NCBI GenBank assembly: GCA_032718475.1
Contig: JAUCBJ010008274.1
Location: 1 to 48,063 of the forward strand
Source: Nemertoderma westbladi
Taxonomy: Eukaryota; Animalia; Xenacoelomorpha
Direction of reading: 5' to 3'
DNA: 48,063 bases
Shown one piece after another: positions 36,301 through 46,191 of this stretch. Numbering within the stretch: the stretch's first letter is position 1; every line of letters starts with the position of its first letter. A program made the position numbers and the translations under genes. The notes below the pieces were generated by a model. It was not told where the DNA came from and made no database searches. It saw nothing but the letters and a program-made list of their open reading frames with translations.

Positions 36301-39282
36301 GGATTCATCATTTATGCACTGAGCAATATTCATTGTAATGAATCGGTGCTGGGGCACTCTTTTAACATTTTTGGCATTAAACTCCCATGGAAAAATATGT
36401 GTTTCCTTTGAAGGTGAATATTTATCTTTATACTGATTGGTTTCGCCAGAAGGATGACCTGGTTTCTGAAATAAGTACAAGTCACCACTGTGTAGAAACC
36501 GACGCAATGGACATGTGTTCCCCTTTGAGGTCTCCAGATATGGCGGATTCACAGGAATAAATGGCGATAAGCTAAGCTTTGTGTTGGATAGAACTTCAGT
36601 ACAGCTAGCACTATCCACAACATCTATCTCCATTTGATTAGATACATCATCTTCTATAGGATTAACTCTATCTAGAAAATCAGAAAATTGAGTTTTAGCA
36701 ATGTCCAAACTTATCTCACTGCACATATCCAAATTAAATATAGGTTCACTGTCATGGACACTATTTATAACTTCAAAGTCACCGACAGCAGTGAGTGGGG
36801 ATTCATTACTAAAAGAGCCGAGTTTGTGCTTAAGGTCAGAATATCGGCGTGGTTCAGATATCCGTCTCTCAGAATTACCATGACCATCAGTTACAGTAGA
36901 GGCATTGTCATTGGGTAGAATTATAGGCAATGATGTTTTCTTTGTACTGATAAAACTTGAATGCCTTTTATAAATGGCACCATGCAAGGCACAATGGTAA
37001 ATATCTTGTTGGCTTAATAACCGGTTGTGATCAATATTCATAGCATATTCATCATTTTTTATTACAGTATTTGGCATATCATCATTTACTTTCAAAAGGG
37101 GAAGGTAAGCAGAAATATCTTTTAAATACGACAATTCTAATATCGAATTATAACATATCAGAATCATGGAATTTAAAATTGATTTAACTTCTGAAAGTTC
37201 ATCTGGAGGTGAACCCTTCAAGATAACAGTACAATCTCGCACAGATGTAGCAGAATTAAATACCATAAGTGTCTTATTTATATATTCACCAGGTCTCCGA
37301 TACCCCAAGTCTCTAGTATAGAAGCAATCGCAGGCCAAACCAACACTATTCTCTGAGATATGATCAACGGTTGGTACCAAGACTGCATTTGCAACTCTAG
37401 CAATACGTTCCATAACATGCAATTTAACATTAATTACAAGAGTTACACCAGTTTCTAGCAACATTTCTTGGGCAATTCTAGACACTGTTTTTTGAACAAC
37501 AAGCAGTGATGGTTTAACTTGCATAATTCTTTGCACACAATTGTTCAGATATGAACGCTCTTGCAGCATTAGAGTATGTAATTCGCTGAACTTCCCTTCC
37601 ACACGCTGGTATTCAAGTGAAGACAGCAATAAGATAATTCTTGGGTTTTCTATATATGATTTCATCTTTGTGTGGACTATGTTATGACTAAATGCTGTTC
37701 CAGAAATTATATAACTGTCAGCAATACATCCACTATGTATCTTTTTAAAGTGTACATGTTCTCTGATATCCTTATTATCTCCTTTTCTAATATCAGGCCT
37801 AACAACATTTGCAACTTTTGTAGCTATATCTTGTATGATAGTTGCCCAAGATTCATCTATTCTTGATGCAGTCATTTTTTCAATAAGTATGAAAGACTGA
37901 TGAGCATCATAGTGATCAATAAGATATGGGGCAACACCACCACAGCTGCATTCGCTTTCATTATTAACTGCACTAGTTGTAGAAGACATTGAAGATCCGA
38001 TAATACTGCCAGTATCATCTTTAAGGGTAAGACAATTAGAGTTGTTTGCATTGATAGTTTCACATGAAAGAGAATGAAACTCAGAACTACTAGCAGTTGG
38101 AAATTGTGGTATTTCACTATACATATTCATAGCAAAGGCGGCAGTACTGGAATGTACTAACTGACTAACCACAATACTGCTAGAAGTAGAATCAACATTT
38201 GTATCATCGTTAATGAGGGTTGTCTTATTTACAGTCCCTGCATCATGGTCATGTTCTAAGATGTCGTGACTGATTTCCTTCATCCACAGTGGCTCCGTTT
38301 CATCGGAAGTACTTCTGTTCCTAACAGAAACAGTATCAGATGCAATCTCTGCATAAGCACACCTTGGTTTAAACAAAATGTTTCCATCAACAAAAGATGA
38401 TGATCGGTTTGAAACTGCAACTAACCAACCACTTTCTAGTAATGCATTTCCAATCGCATTAGCCTGGGGTCTAGTGCTTGCTTTGTCATGTTCCAACAAC
38501 CAATCAATAAGTTGTTGCCCAGTGAAACAATCTGTGTAGGTCCTGAGTCGATAACGAAGTGACTGTAAAGCAATCCCACTCACTGGATTAAGAATACTAA
38601 TCATAAGTCCAGTAAGTTGTGTTGACTGTCTGCTTGTAAGTGTCTTCCTGTTGACATCTTCAATATTAATGTCAATAAATGTATCAGGAGAAGTGACACG
38701 ACGTTCAGAAAACCTTCGCATTGATGATGGTGAAAGTGACACACTATCCAATGTCTGAGATTCGTTGTTGGTCATGATATTCATCTCAGGAATACCAAGA
38801 AGACTAGAAGCACTGGCACTTCTGACAAGCATCAAATCATTGCAAGAATTTGAAAGCTGTCGAATGCGTGCAATGTTTTCGGAACACTCAGATAACTCTG
38901 CACTTAATGAATGCAGATCACTTGATGTGCTAGACTCAACATATTTGCGTATAACTCTGAAACAATATAAACAGGCCCTTAAACTTCCAGTATAACCAAT
39001 AGATCTCCCCGGTATATCGAAACAGCAGCAAGCACTGCAAAATATTTGGCCACATACACGGCAGTGGTGTCGTCGGCGTATAGCAGTAAACTTATTGCCA
39101 CAATCATAGCATTGATAGCAAGATGAATCCGGCATCCAAAACTCTCTAAAATCTGTGTCATTGTATTCTTGCGGCACAGTTCCTCTGTGGTCAATAATAC
39201 CAACAATTTGTTGTAACACACTATGCAAGGTGCGACGTGGCTTAAACGAGACAGATGGCCTTTCTGGTGTTAATTCAGACAT
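33388..39282 (-). CDS. PIKFYVE: 1-phosphatidylinositol 3-phosphate 5-kinase (PIKfyve/Fab1), 1964 aa, single exon
   Basis: FYVE (WMPD, RRHHCRVCG), DEP (RYRLRTYTDCFTGQQLIDWL), CCT-like domain, Cys-rich region, and PIP kinase motifs GKSG, DLKGS, MDYSLLVG, GIIDYIRTFTWDKKLE in canonical order. Confidence 0.98.
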   Translation of the reverse strand: MSELTPERPSVSFKPRRTLHSVLQQIVGIIDHRGTVPQEYNDTDFREFWMPDSSCYQCYDCGNKFTAIRRRHHCRVCGQIFCSACCCFDIPGRSIGYTGSLRACLYCFRVIRKYVESSTSSDLHSLSAELSECSENIARIRQLSNSCNDLMLVRSASASSLLGIPEMNIMTNNESQTLDSVSLSPSSMRRFSERRVTSPDTFIDINIEDVNRKTLTSRQSTQLTGLMISILNPVSGIALQSLRYRLRTYTDCFTGQQLIDWLLEHDKASTRPQANAIGNALLESGWLVAVSNRSSSFVDGNILFKPRCAYAEIASDTVSVRNRSTSDETEPLWMKEISHDILEHDHDAGTVNKTTLINDDTNVDSTSSSIVVSQLVHSSTAAFAMNMYSEIPQFPTASSSEFHSLSCETINANNSNCLTLKDDTGSIIGSSMSSTTSAVNNESECSCGGVAPYLIDHYDAHQSFILIEKMTASRIDESWATIIQDIATKVANVVRPDIRKGDNKDIREHVHFKKIHSGCIADSYIISGTAFSHNIVHTKMKSYIENPRIILLLSSLEYQRVEGKFSELHTLMLQERSYLNNCVQRIMQVKPSLLVVQKTVSRIAQEMLLETGVTLVINVKLHVMERIARVANAVLVPTVDHISENSVGLACDCFYTRDLGYRRPGEYINKTLMVFNSATSVRDCTVILKGSPPDELSEVKSILNSMILICYNSILELSYLKDISAYLPLLKVNDDMPNTVIKNDEYAMNIDHNRLLSQQDIYHCALHGAIYKRHSSFISTKKTSLPIILPNDNASTVTDGHGNSERRISEPRRYSDLKHKLGSFSNESPLTAVGDFEVINSVHDSEPIFNLDMCSEISLDIAKTQFSDFLDRVNPIEDDVSNQMEIDVVDSASCTEVLSNTKLSLSPFIPVNPPYLETSKGNTCPLRRFLHSGDLYLFQKPGHPSGETNQYKDKYSPSKETHIFPWEFNAKNVKRVPQHRFITMNIAQCINDESIDDILADYRANGATYVLKNRDVDYSADIRREVLSPKLPIKVPMIPLEPAATNCLDLNNHCQLATLFSAYRTVPGEPCMPPSIRNMHMYGKNDIPLGGFLEFRCFKRDYMCRASINQSQCGQPMINHFRRFVWDGGCVKVCVKQLRNPLPEAPGILMWNCCKRCLHTFPITVMSSDTWHLSFAAFLQLNFAAHCLQRLPDDSSKCPHSLMADHYQTFGSGDVVATFKYNKVFPMDFVLPSQVINVNRTQLDTDVFLKKIEQLRQTGCSIFLSVQEKLKAGEDSDTIHELLEACTSDLHKFLTEIDILIKSTNNNLTQPSRDNSICDKHSLLETEDYLMRLNCQLFETVHHWNEKLSSFYSTIKSKVSITNDSSRESKPSSLTYNFSTPDLLDDFNEDKKPSKVPEVPDTNHSPTPKIIKRIPSIDFSGSFSSSVGETRADNSKEHNNSKASDSGLRVLPSHRRRVSMPVLAIADLHNGPPTPPHGFSDSSENALIDDPTGGEREDFQHPASTPMTPETIRKVKSQPKLSKTQSTVRQMLGKLKSGSSYVPITSPFSNDEHPKLALGVGIPVMVKDNQPSSVIAYTLCSNEYKLRLADIKAESIALLPEKTSRQSKRHGNLKDTDANISFVEPPDGDLIKTNNKQPHGQNVLYSVTSTDKIQGAEETYSNEQSPRHIACQFSDAHTKFFCCVFFAEEFFQFRKLVFSGGEDDFIRSLSQCAPWNHGAGKSGSTFCKTLDGCFLIKQMTNNEAQSFLEFGPKYFEHVKKTQEEGKKPTLLAKVLGMYRIAFNNTSTNTASKQYLIVMENLFYNRKVDIIYDLKGSRRNRMTVMKSGTPSVLMDDNYLLRLNEDPLYVRKYSKSVLLEAAIIDTDFLFQQTVMDYSLLVGVDVTKKELIVGIIDYIRTFTWDKKLEMVGKWHINMIGSSQDNPSKMPTVVFPDVYRKRFINAIDKYFLEMPDRWSGLSKCPEVV

Positions 39283-40492
39283 GGTAACGTAAAAAGACTA
39301 CATTACAAACATGATTACATTCAAATCTTCATATAACATTAACAATCCCCTTTAACGCATAACATGTCATTCAATTGCAATAATGAATATATTAGGCCTA
39401 TAAATAATTGTTAATATGAATGTTAGAAGTAAGTAAAATTGTGAATAAATTTCACTTTGGGGGTTGGAAGTACAATAAAGTAGAGTTTACGTTATACTAG
39501 AGAGGTCAAATAGGGGTGTGTGTGTGGTGGGTACTGGGTATGGCATTGTATATAATTAATTATTATTGTTATTATTGGCTATTTTCAAAAACTATATTTA
39601 ATAATTTTAATTATTATGTAACTTATCTATTTCTAATTATTATATATTTCAACTAATTACTAACTATTTTGAATTGTTACCCATTTTTTGCATTATATTA
39701 ATTAATAATTTGTAGTATAATAATTTTTAGTTTATATACTTTTAACTTTATCTAAAATAAAAAGAAGTAAAATAAATATGTATTATTTTTATCTGCCGGA
39801 TGTTGTGTAAGAGTTGCAGTTCTAAATAACCTAAAAGTACCTTACTTACTACGTTCAATTACAGTCGTAAACTTTGAACATTAGTATAAACACATTATAT
39901 TTACAATTACCGGTACAATATTATAATAAAATGTTATTAATATAATAACAATAACAGCTTTTTACTCCCATATATAAATAAAACTGTATCCTGTTCTTTG
40001 TTCTATTTACTTTCGTTAATTGTTTTAGTTAGAATAACTATGCCACAGTAACCTGCTCCTCCTTTCCCTTTTATGGCTAACAATGAGACAAGATACTAAT
40101 TCGTCGAGTTGGGATTTGCGTCCACCCTCTTTCCTGTTCCCTTAATTCAACGACCCCCCCCCCCCCCCCCAATTTTCAAATAAACCTTAATGAGATTGCA
40201 TGATTTTTTGGGTAATAATAGCAGAATTTATAATTTCGAAACGGTTTCACCACCGATATTGCACAAATCGCACAAAAATAGGAATGCTAAACTACATAAC
40301 ATTAGCATTAGCATATACCATCTATCATCAAAATAAGTACAAAACATGGGGGGGGGGGGGGGGTGAGGGGGGATGTTGTTGGGCCGTGTACCTGAATACA
40401 TAGACAACAGACCACGGTGTACATCGGTGCCAACATATACAAGTTTATTGTACCCTTCCACCGCTAGGGGATTCATATTAATTGAGTTTCCA

Positions 40493-41705
40493 TTACTTCT
40501 TAGTCTTTTTAACCTGAACCCGAAACCCCGAAACAACTTCGTCTAATGTTCTACTATCGGGATTCTTTATTTTCCGCTTTCGTCCTAAACCGGCACCTTT
40601 CTCAGTATCTGAGAGCGACGGCGCGTACAATCGGACGAGTGAGGATTCGCAACCTACGTAGAGGTGAGACAAACTCGAACTGCGACAAACAGAATGAGCC
40701 GCGAAATGTTTGTCATTCGAAGTCGGAATATTTACATATACGAACATCTTTTTTGCCGACATCAACGATATCAATATCTCCATTGTAATTACCATAGCAA
40801 CCAAACAACGACTGAGTTTCTTGTTGGTAGAAACAATCCAACATAAACTCTGATTGTAAATAGTTTAGTTCAGTAAATAAAGTATAGGATTTAATCATTT
40901 CGAGCTCATTGGAATCCCACAGTTGTACATCGTGAGTGTGAGTGACGACATATAGAGACGACAACTCGTTGCCATACCAACCGACTCTACTAACAGACGA
41001 TTCCGCGTTTAGTGTCCCGACAAGGGCGTCTTCCTCCTCCGATTGGTTGACATCGAATATATTAACTAAACCGTCGACTGACCCGGTTGCTAGGAGACTA
41101 TTATTAGTTGGATGGAATTCAACTGCTGTTATATCGTCGCTGTGACATTCGGAATAACTTCCCATGTATTTGGAGGTACGAGCATCCCAGAAATGCACAA
41201 ACGCTTTGCTGTCCGAAAACTCTTCGTTCGCGGAGATTGGATTATCGTCATTATTAAATGTTCCTGCGCAGATGAGAGCATCGTCACAGCTGATAGAGAT
41301 ACACTGCAGACTCAGTGCGGCAGAGTTGTTACCGGTTATGATGGATGGAGTCTCAAGGGACGCGCAAGTTCCTGCCCGTCGGGTATCCCATACACGGACT
41401 GTCCCATCCGAAGCGCCGTAATAAACCACCGAGGGGTTGGCGTGTGAATATCGGACGGAGGTGAAGTCCGGGTTACCCACATCTGAAGAGTGTATGACGT
41501 CACCGGCGGGCTGTAAGTCCAAGGATAAGTTCTGCACAGTCGTACAAGTGAGGGCGGTCACAGAACTGCCTTTGCACTCAATGTCGATAACGGGATCATT
41601 GTCCTGACCCTGAGAGATAAACTGAGCCTTGGATAATCTAAATGTCTCGAATATACTGGTACCGCTACAGGAGGGACCATAAAAACGGGAACTGCTATCA
41701 GCCAT
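40493..41705 (-). CDS. WDR89: WD repeat protein 89-like; +1 frameshift near 40733-40754
   Basis: WD repeats including FWDART..GSYSECHSDDITAVEFHP..LATGSVDGLVNIFD..EEEDAL..LNAESSVSRVGW; last-blade-like LYVGCESSLVRLYAP and a basic tail lie in the adjacent frame (ORF 40493-40804). Confidence 0.85.
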
Positions 41706-43050
41706 CCTGAGCCTGTTGCCTGTCCGACTTCGGGTTCAGCAGAGATTTTATAGACATCTTTTCTTGTTTTGGTATGCCTAATGTGTAATGTTGTAAGCCT
41801 AATGAATTTTAATTTAATGACATGACATGACACTCGACACTGTGACATGAACATAAACAAACAATTATAAAACAATTAATAAGAATTTAGACAAATGTGG
41901 CATCGCCACTAAAGTAAAATAGGCAATGTACAGATGTAGGCAAGCACAAAAGGTGCTTAAAATTTAAAATCACATATAAAATAATTAGAACTATCTAGAC
42001 ATAGTTATGAAGAGTAAAATGAAAACCAAAATATTGAGTTATTGCTAGGTATTAGGTATCAACTGTGTACTTATAATATATCGCGACTCGCGAGTTCTTT
42101 TTGGCTATTAGTTAGGCCTATTACTTAGTTCTGGAGCAGATCAGTCTCAGATAGCAGATAGGTACATTTTACCTGTTTTAAATACTTGGGTGTACTTTGA
42201 GTGACTGAGTGATGGCGACATTACTGAATCACTGCACTCCCCTACTATTACTATTGGGAAGAGAGTTCCAGGTAGGGGGGGTCGCTCTATTCCTTCCATT
42301 GGTGTCCTCTTGTTCTCGAATAGTGATAGTCGAATTAGTAGCAAAATGGAAGTAAACGGGACTGGTCAGCCTCAGCTGGTTACAGGGTTACCTACGAATA
42401 GTCAGATAGCTGGATACTGGGATAGGGGACCCTCCTGAATGCAGAAAGCTTTCTGCATTTGCTTTTGCAATATTCTGCTCTTTTGTTTTTTTCAAATCGT
42501 TTAGGGCCTAGGCTATCAGGCTATTGCTATATTGTTTTGCTTCCTTCTGGCTGTCTGGCTGGCCTGGCTACCGGTACCGGTACCAGTGCAACGCTCCTTT
42601 ACTACACAAGTACTATACATTTTTTATCTGTAGCCTGTAGCTGTGTAGGCCTACTATAAATTTTTTTGTGATTTGGTCTGATTATTGCCACTTAACGTTG
42701 CTTCGGGCCTTACAGCCTTACTGCCTTATGGCAATATGTCAGAAATTCCGCTAAATTTCTTAGATTATGACTTAGGGCAGTAGGGTTAGGGTTAGCAGTT
42801 ACATGACAGTATTACAGTTATTATTAACCCTAACTAAAATAATAAACCAAACCATCTTTACAAGAATAAATGGTTATGATAGGCTATGATGAGAGTACTG
42901 CAGCGCTCTGAACCAAGGTGGAACAAGTGTCAGATACCGTCAGATCAGATCAGATCAGATAAGGACAGACGTTTTAGCCATCCTATTCTATAGGCCTACA
43001 TTTCAGTGAGTGTAATAATGTTACATCAATCAGCCTGTCTCTGTCGGCTA

Positions 43051-44453
43051 CCGTAGAGGGGGGCTACATTGATAGGTTTTGACTTTTGAGCATATATGGC
43101 TAAGCCAAAATGATACAATTACAGATACCTATATAAGTATGGAGCTCATACTGTCATATGGACGGGAAATATATAATGGTGAATATTATTATGTCCCAAG
43201 CACTAGAAATAGTGCTTGGGATATTTTTTAAAACACCTTTCCTATCAACTTAGCCCCGAAGGTCGGGGCTACTTTGATACTACTTCAGAATCACTTATAA
43301 ATCAAACTAGCCCATTATATGGGGTTTCTTTGATATCCCTGAAAGTTTAAAAAAAATAAGTTGGGACATAGTCCCAAAAAAAGTGATCAAATCTACGTAA
43401 AAAACACCAAAAAAACACTTGATATTCTATAAAATTGCAATTAGCACAACACCAAAACATGTTAATAAGTAGTATTAATAATTTTAATAACAACACAATA
43501 ATGGTTCACAATAACAAAACAAACACTTAAAAATGGTTAAAATTAAAAACAACAAATCAAAACTATTAAAACAATTAAAAAACAACACTTAAACTGTGAA
43601 AGAATACAACACTTTAAAAAATATTTAAAAGAATAAACAGGTGAAGTTTCTATTCTTCAATTACAATAGAAGCAGAATCGTTCTCTATTTCTATCTCTAA
43701 AGTCTCTCATGATTATATCCCCATAGTTATCCTCATCCCCAATGTAATTACCCAATGACTCATCTCCAATGTCATCACAATACTCAGCAGTGTTATCACT
43801 GTAGTCATCTTCCTCATCCGAATTGTCACAATCTCTCATCTCTAACTCACTGTCAATACCATTGTCAGTATCACTATCTTCAGAATTATCCAGTACTTCA
43901 GCAAGGTCATCAGGATAATCACTTCCAATGTCAATCAGTTGTTCAATGTTAATTTCATAATTCTTACAGCCATTTCAAAACCACTTCTCCTTGTTACTAT
44001 ATTCGGATTCTTCCACACAGTCTCCACAGAACCACATATTGCATCCGTCGCATTGCACCCACTGCTTCCTTGTATTCTTTCTATAACCCTTTGCACATTG
44101 CTTGCATTTATTGCTTTCCTTCTTTCTTATCTTTTCTTGTTTTTTGGCTAGCAGCTGGGTTGTTGACATAGCCATCCCAAGCGTTGTTGGACCATCTTGC
44201 CCACCAACAGCGGTGTTACAATCTCCTTGGGGGAGTTCCATAACAGCTGCACTCAAACATACATTTAGATCATCATCATCTTGAGGGATATCCTTAAGTA
44301 CTTGTCTCCGATCCACAGGATATAACCCAGTCTGCCATTTGTTTTAAATCCTGCCTCTAGATTCTTGCTCCGTACAGTATTTGTGTCAAATATCAAAGAA
44401 GCCCCAGTGAAATCAAAGTAACCCCAGGGTATCAAAGTAGCCCCCTTCTACGG
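43051..44453 (-). mobile_element. Internally deleted pogo-like (Tc1/mariner superfamily) element retaining the transposase C-terminus with a PHD finger
   Basis: TA|CCGTAGAGGGGGGCTACATTGATA ... TATCAAAGTAGCCCCCTTCTACGG|TA; relic LEAGFK..TGLYPVDR and CKQC..WVQCDGCNMWFCGDC; internal GGGGCTACTTTGATA copies. Confidence 0.82.
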
Positions 44454-45748
44454 TAAGGCACAGCGGTTTAATATCAGAATACGGTCAGACGGTACCAACA
44501 TGGCCATGGTAACAACTGGCTGATTGGCAACTGACCAATACCGGCAACCGGTGTAACATGGACAGCAGGAGGGGTCCTACAGTCAGGGTCGTACTGTCGT
44601 AATGTCGTATTAACGGCGGGACTTTTGGGGCTATATGGAGGTATTACGTCATTTTCTATTCTTGAGACATTATAAGGTTTTCTAAATCAGTTTGCTTTAG
44701 TTAATTAATCTAAATGTATTTGTAGTTGTTCAAGTTCAACAAGGTCGAGGGGATTTATCAATGGTAGAAACTTTAACTATGTGTAGGATCTTCGGGTTTC
44801 ACCATATAATATTGAGTTAAATGGACATAGTAGGGGTGGTCTTTGATCCCGTAAAATGAGTTCTGTAAAGGTCTAGCGCTTATGTTAACCTCGTGTACCA
44901 TATGACGGACAAGATCCGCTCGATTGTCCGGAGGTTCAAGGAGTATACCGTCGACACTAGCAGCTTCGATCGCAGCTTTCAATCCCCCTCTGCCCCCGGA
45001 CAGCCCTGAGATCCTCAGCGCTGATGTACTGCTGTCGCTGTGCCCCTCATCAACGTAGTAGCCACACAATAACAACAATAATCAGCGCGAGTCACTCTAC
45101 TGTCCTTCCCTAGGGCTCGAATATACTGGAGGTACTTGTTACAGATGTAGGATAACGTTCACAATTGTGGTTCGCTACTGTAAACACACTTTACTGTAGT
45201 AGTAAACATTCACCTATAAATACACAAATTCCACATTCCTGCCACAATTTGTACAAATTAGGGCCATTTGTCTGTTAGTCAGATGCCTTCCAGAATGCCA
45301 CGTTATTATTATGTATCCTTGGATACTATTAAGATGCTATGTATTATGCATGCTATTCAATGGGGTGAACTTTCTATTGTTCTTTAACACACTTCTAATT
45401 CTAGTGTGGTTGTTACTATGGTGACATTATGCAAAGCTAGTGGTAGAATTAGGGTATTTCTCATCTATGCAGATCTGGGATGCTATTTTATAGCGACTCT
45501 TGGGTTATTAATATTCCCCTTATATATGATTTTTTATTAATTTTGTCGGCTATTGTCTGTACACTGGAGATTCTCTCACACTGCTATACTTAATAGGGTG
45601 GATCTTCGCTCCCATGATCTATTAATTGACGGAATTTTGGGAATGTTGATAAATTGTATAAAATGACAATTTATTTAATTCATGAGAGGATATGAATTTA
45701 AAATTTATTCCCGTGAATTTTATTATTTAATATTAGAATAGACACAGT

Positions 45749-46085
45749 TTTATTCCAGAACATGTCTGGGGACATTAATCATTAATTCTAGAAATTTTGT
45801 CTTTTAAGTATATCGGCGCCACGATATCTTAATCGACTACATTTTTAGAGGATCTAAGGGTTTAACAGATTTTTCTCTTTCTTTATTTTAACATTTGTTA
45901 TAACAAACGTTGTGAATATTTAACAAATAGTTAATATTATGATGGGCACCGATTTATTCCAGAACATGTCTGGGGACGTTAACCACTGATTCTAGAATTT
46001 TCTCTTTCAAGTATATCGGTGGGTGTCGCGATATCTTAATCAACTAGAATTTCAGATGGTCAAAGGGTTTAACAGATTTATGGGT
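45749..46085 (+). repeat. Diverged tandem duplication with a period of about 204 bp
   Basis: TTTATTCCAGAACATGTCTGGGGAC at 45749 and 45953, with shared downstream blocks. Confidence 0.75.
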
Positions 46086-46191
46086 CAAAGATTTTAACAG
46101 ATTTACTTTGACAGCGCTACTGTTAAATGGACATCTTTCTACTATATGTATTATTTAAAATATGGTACGAGAGCAATATTGCAAGAAGCAA

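Noticed and set aside
33904-39221. Numerous short ORFs overlapping PIKfyve
   Set aside because: Antisense or alternate-frame shadows with no motifs.
42147-42344. 65-aa ORF upstream of WDR89
   Set aside because: No recognisable motif or supported splice structure.
42772-42835. TTAGGG-like telomeric repeats
   Set aside because: Only 2-3 units; too short to support an interstitial telomere.
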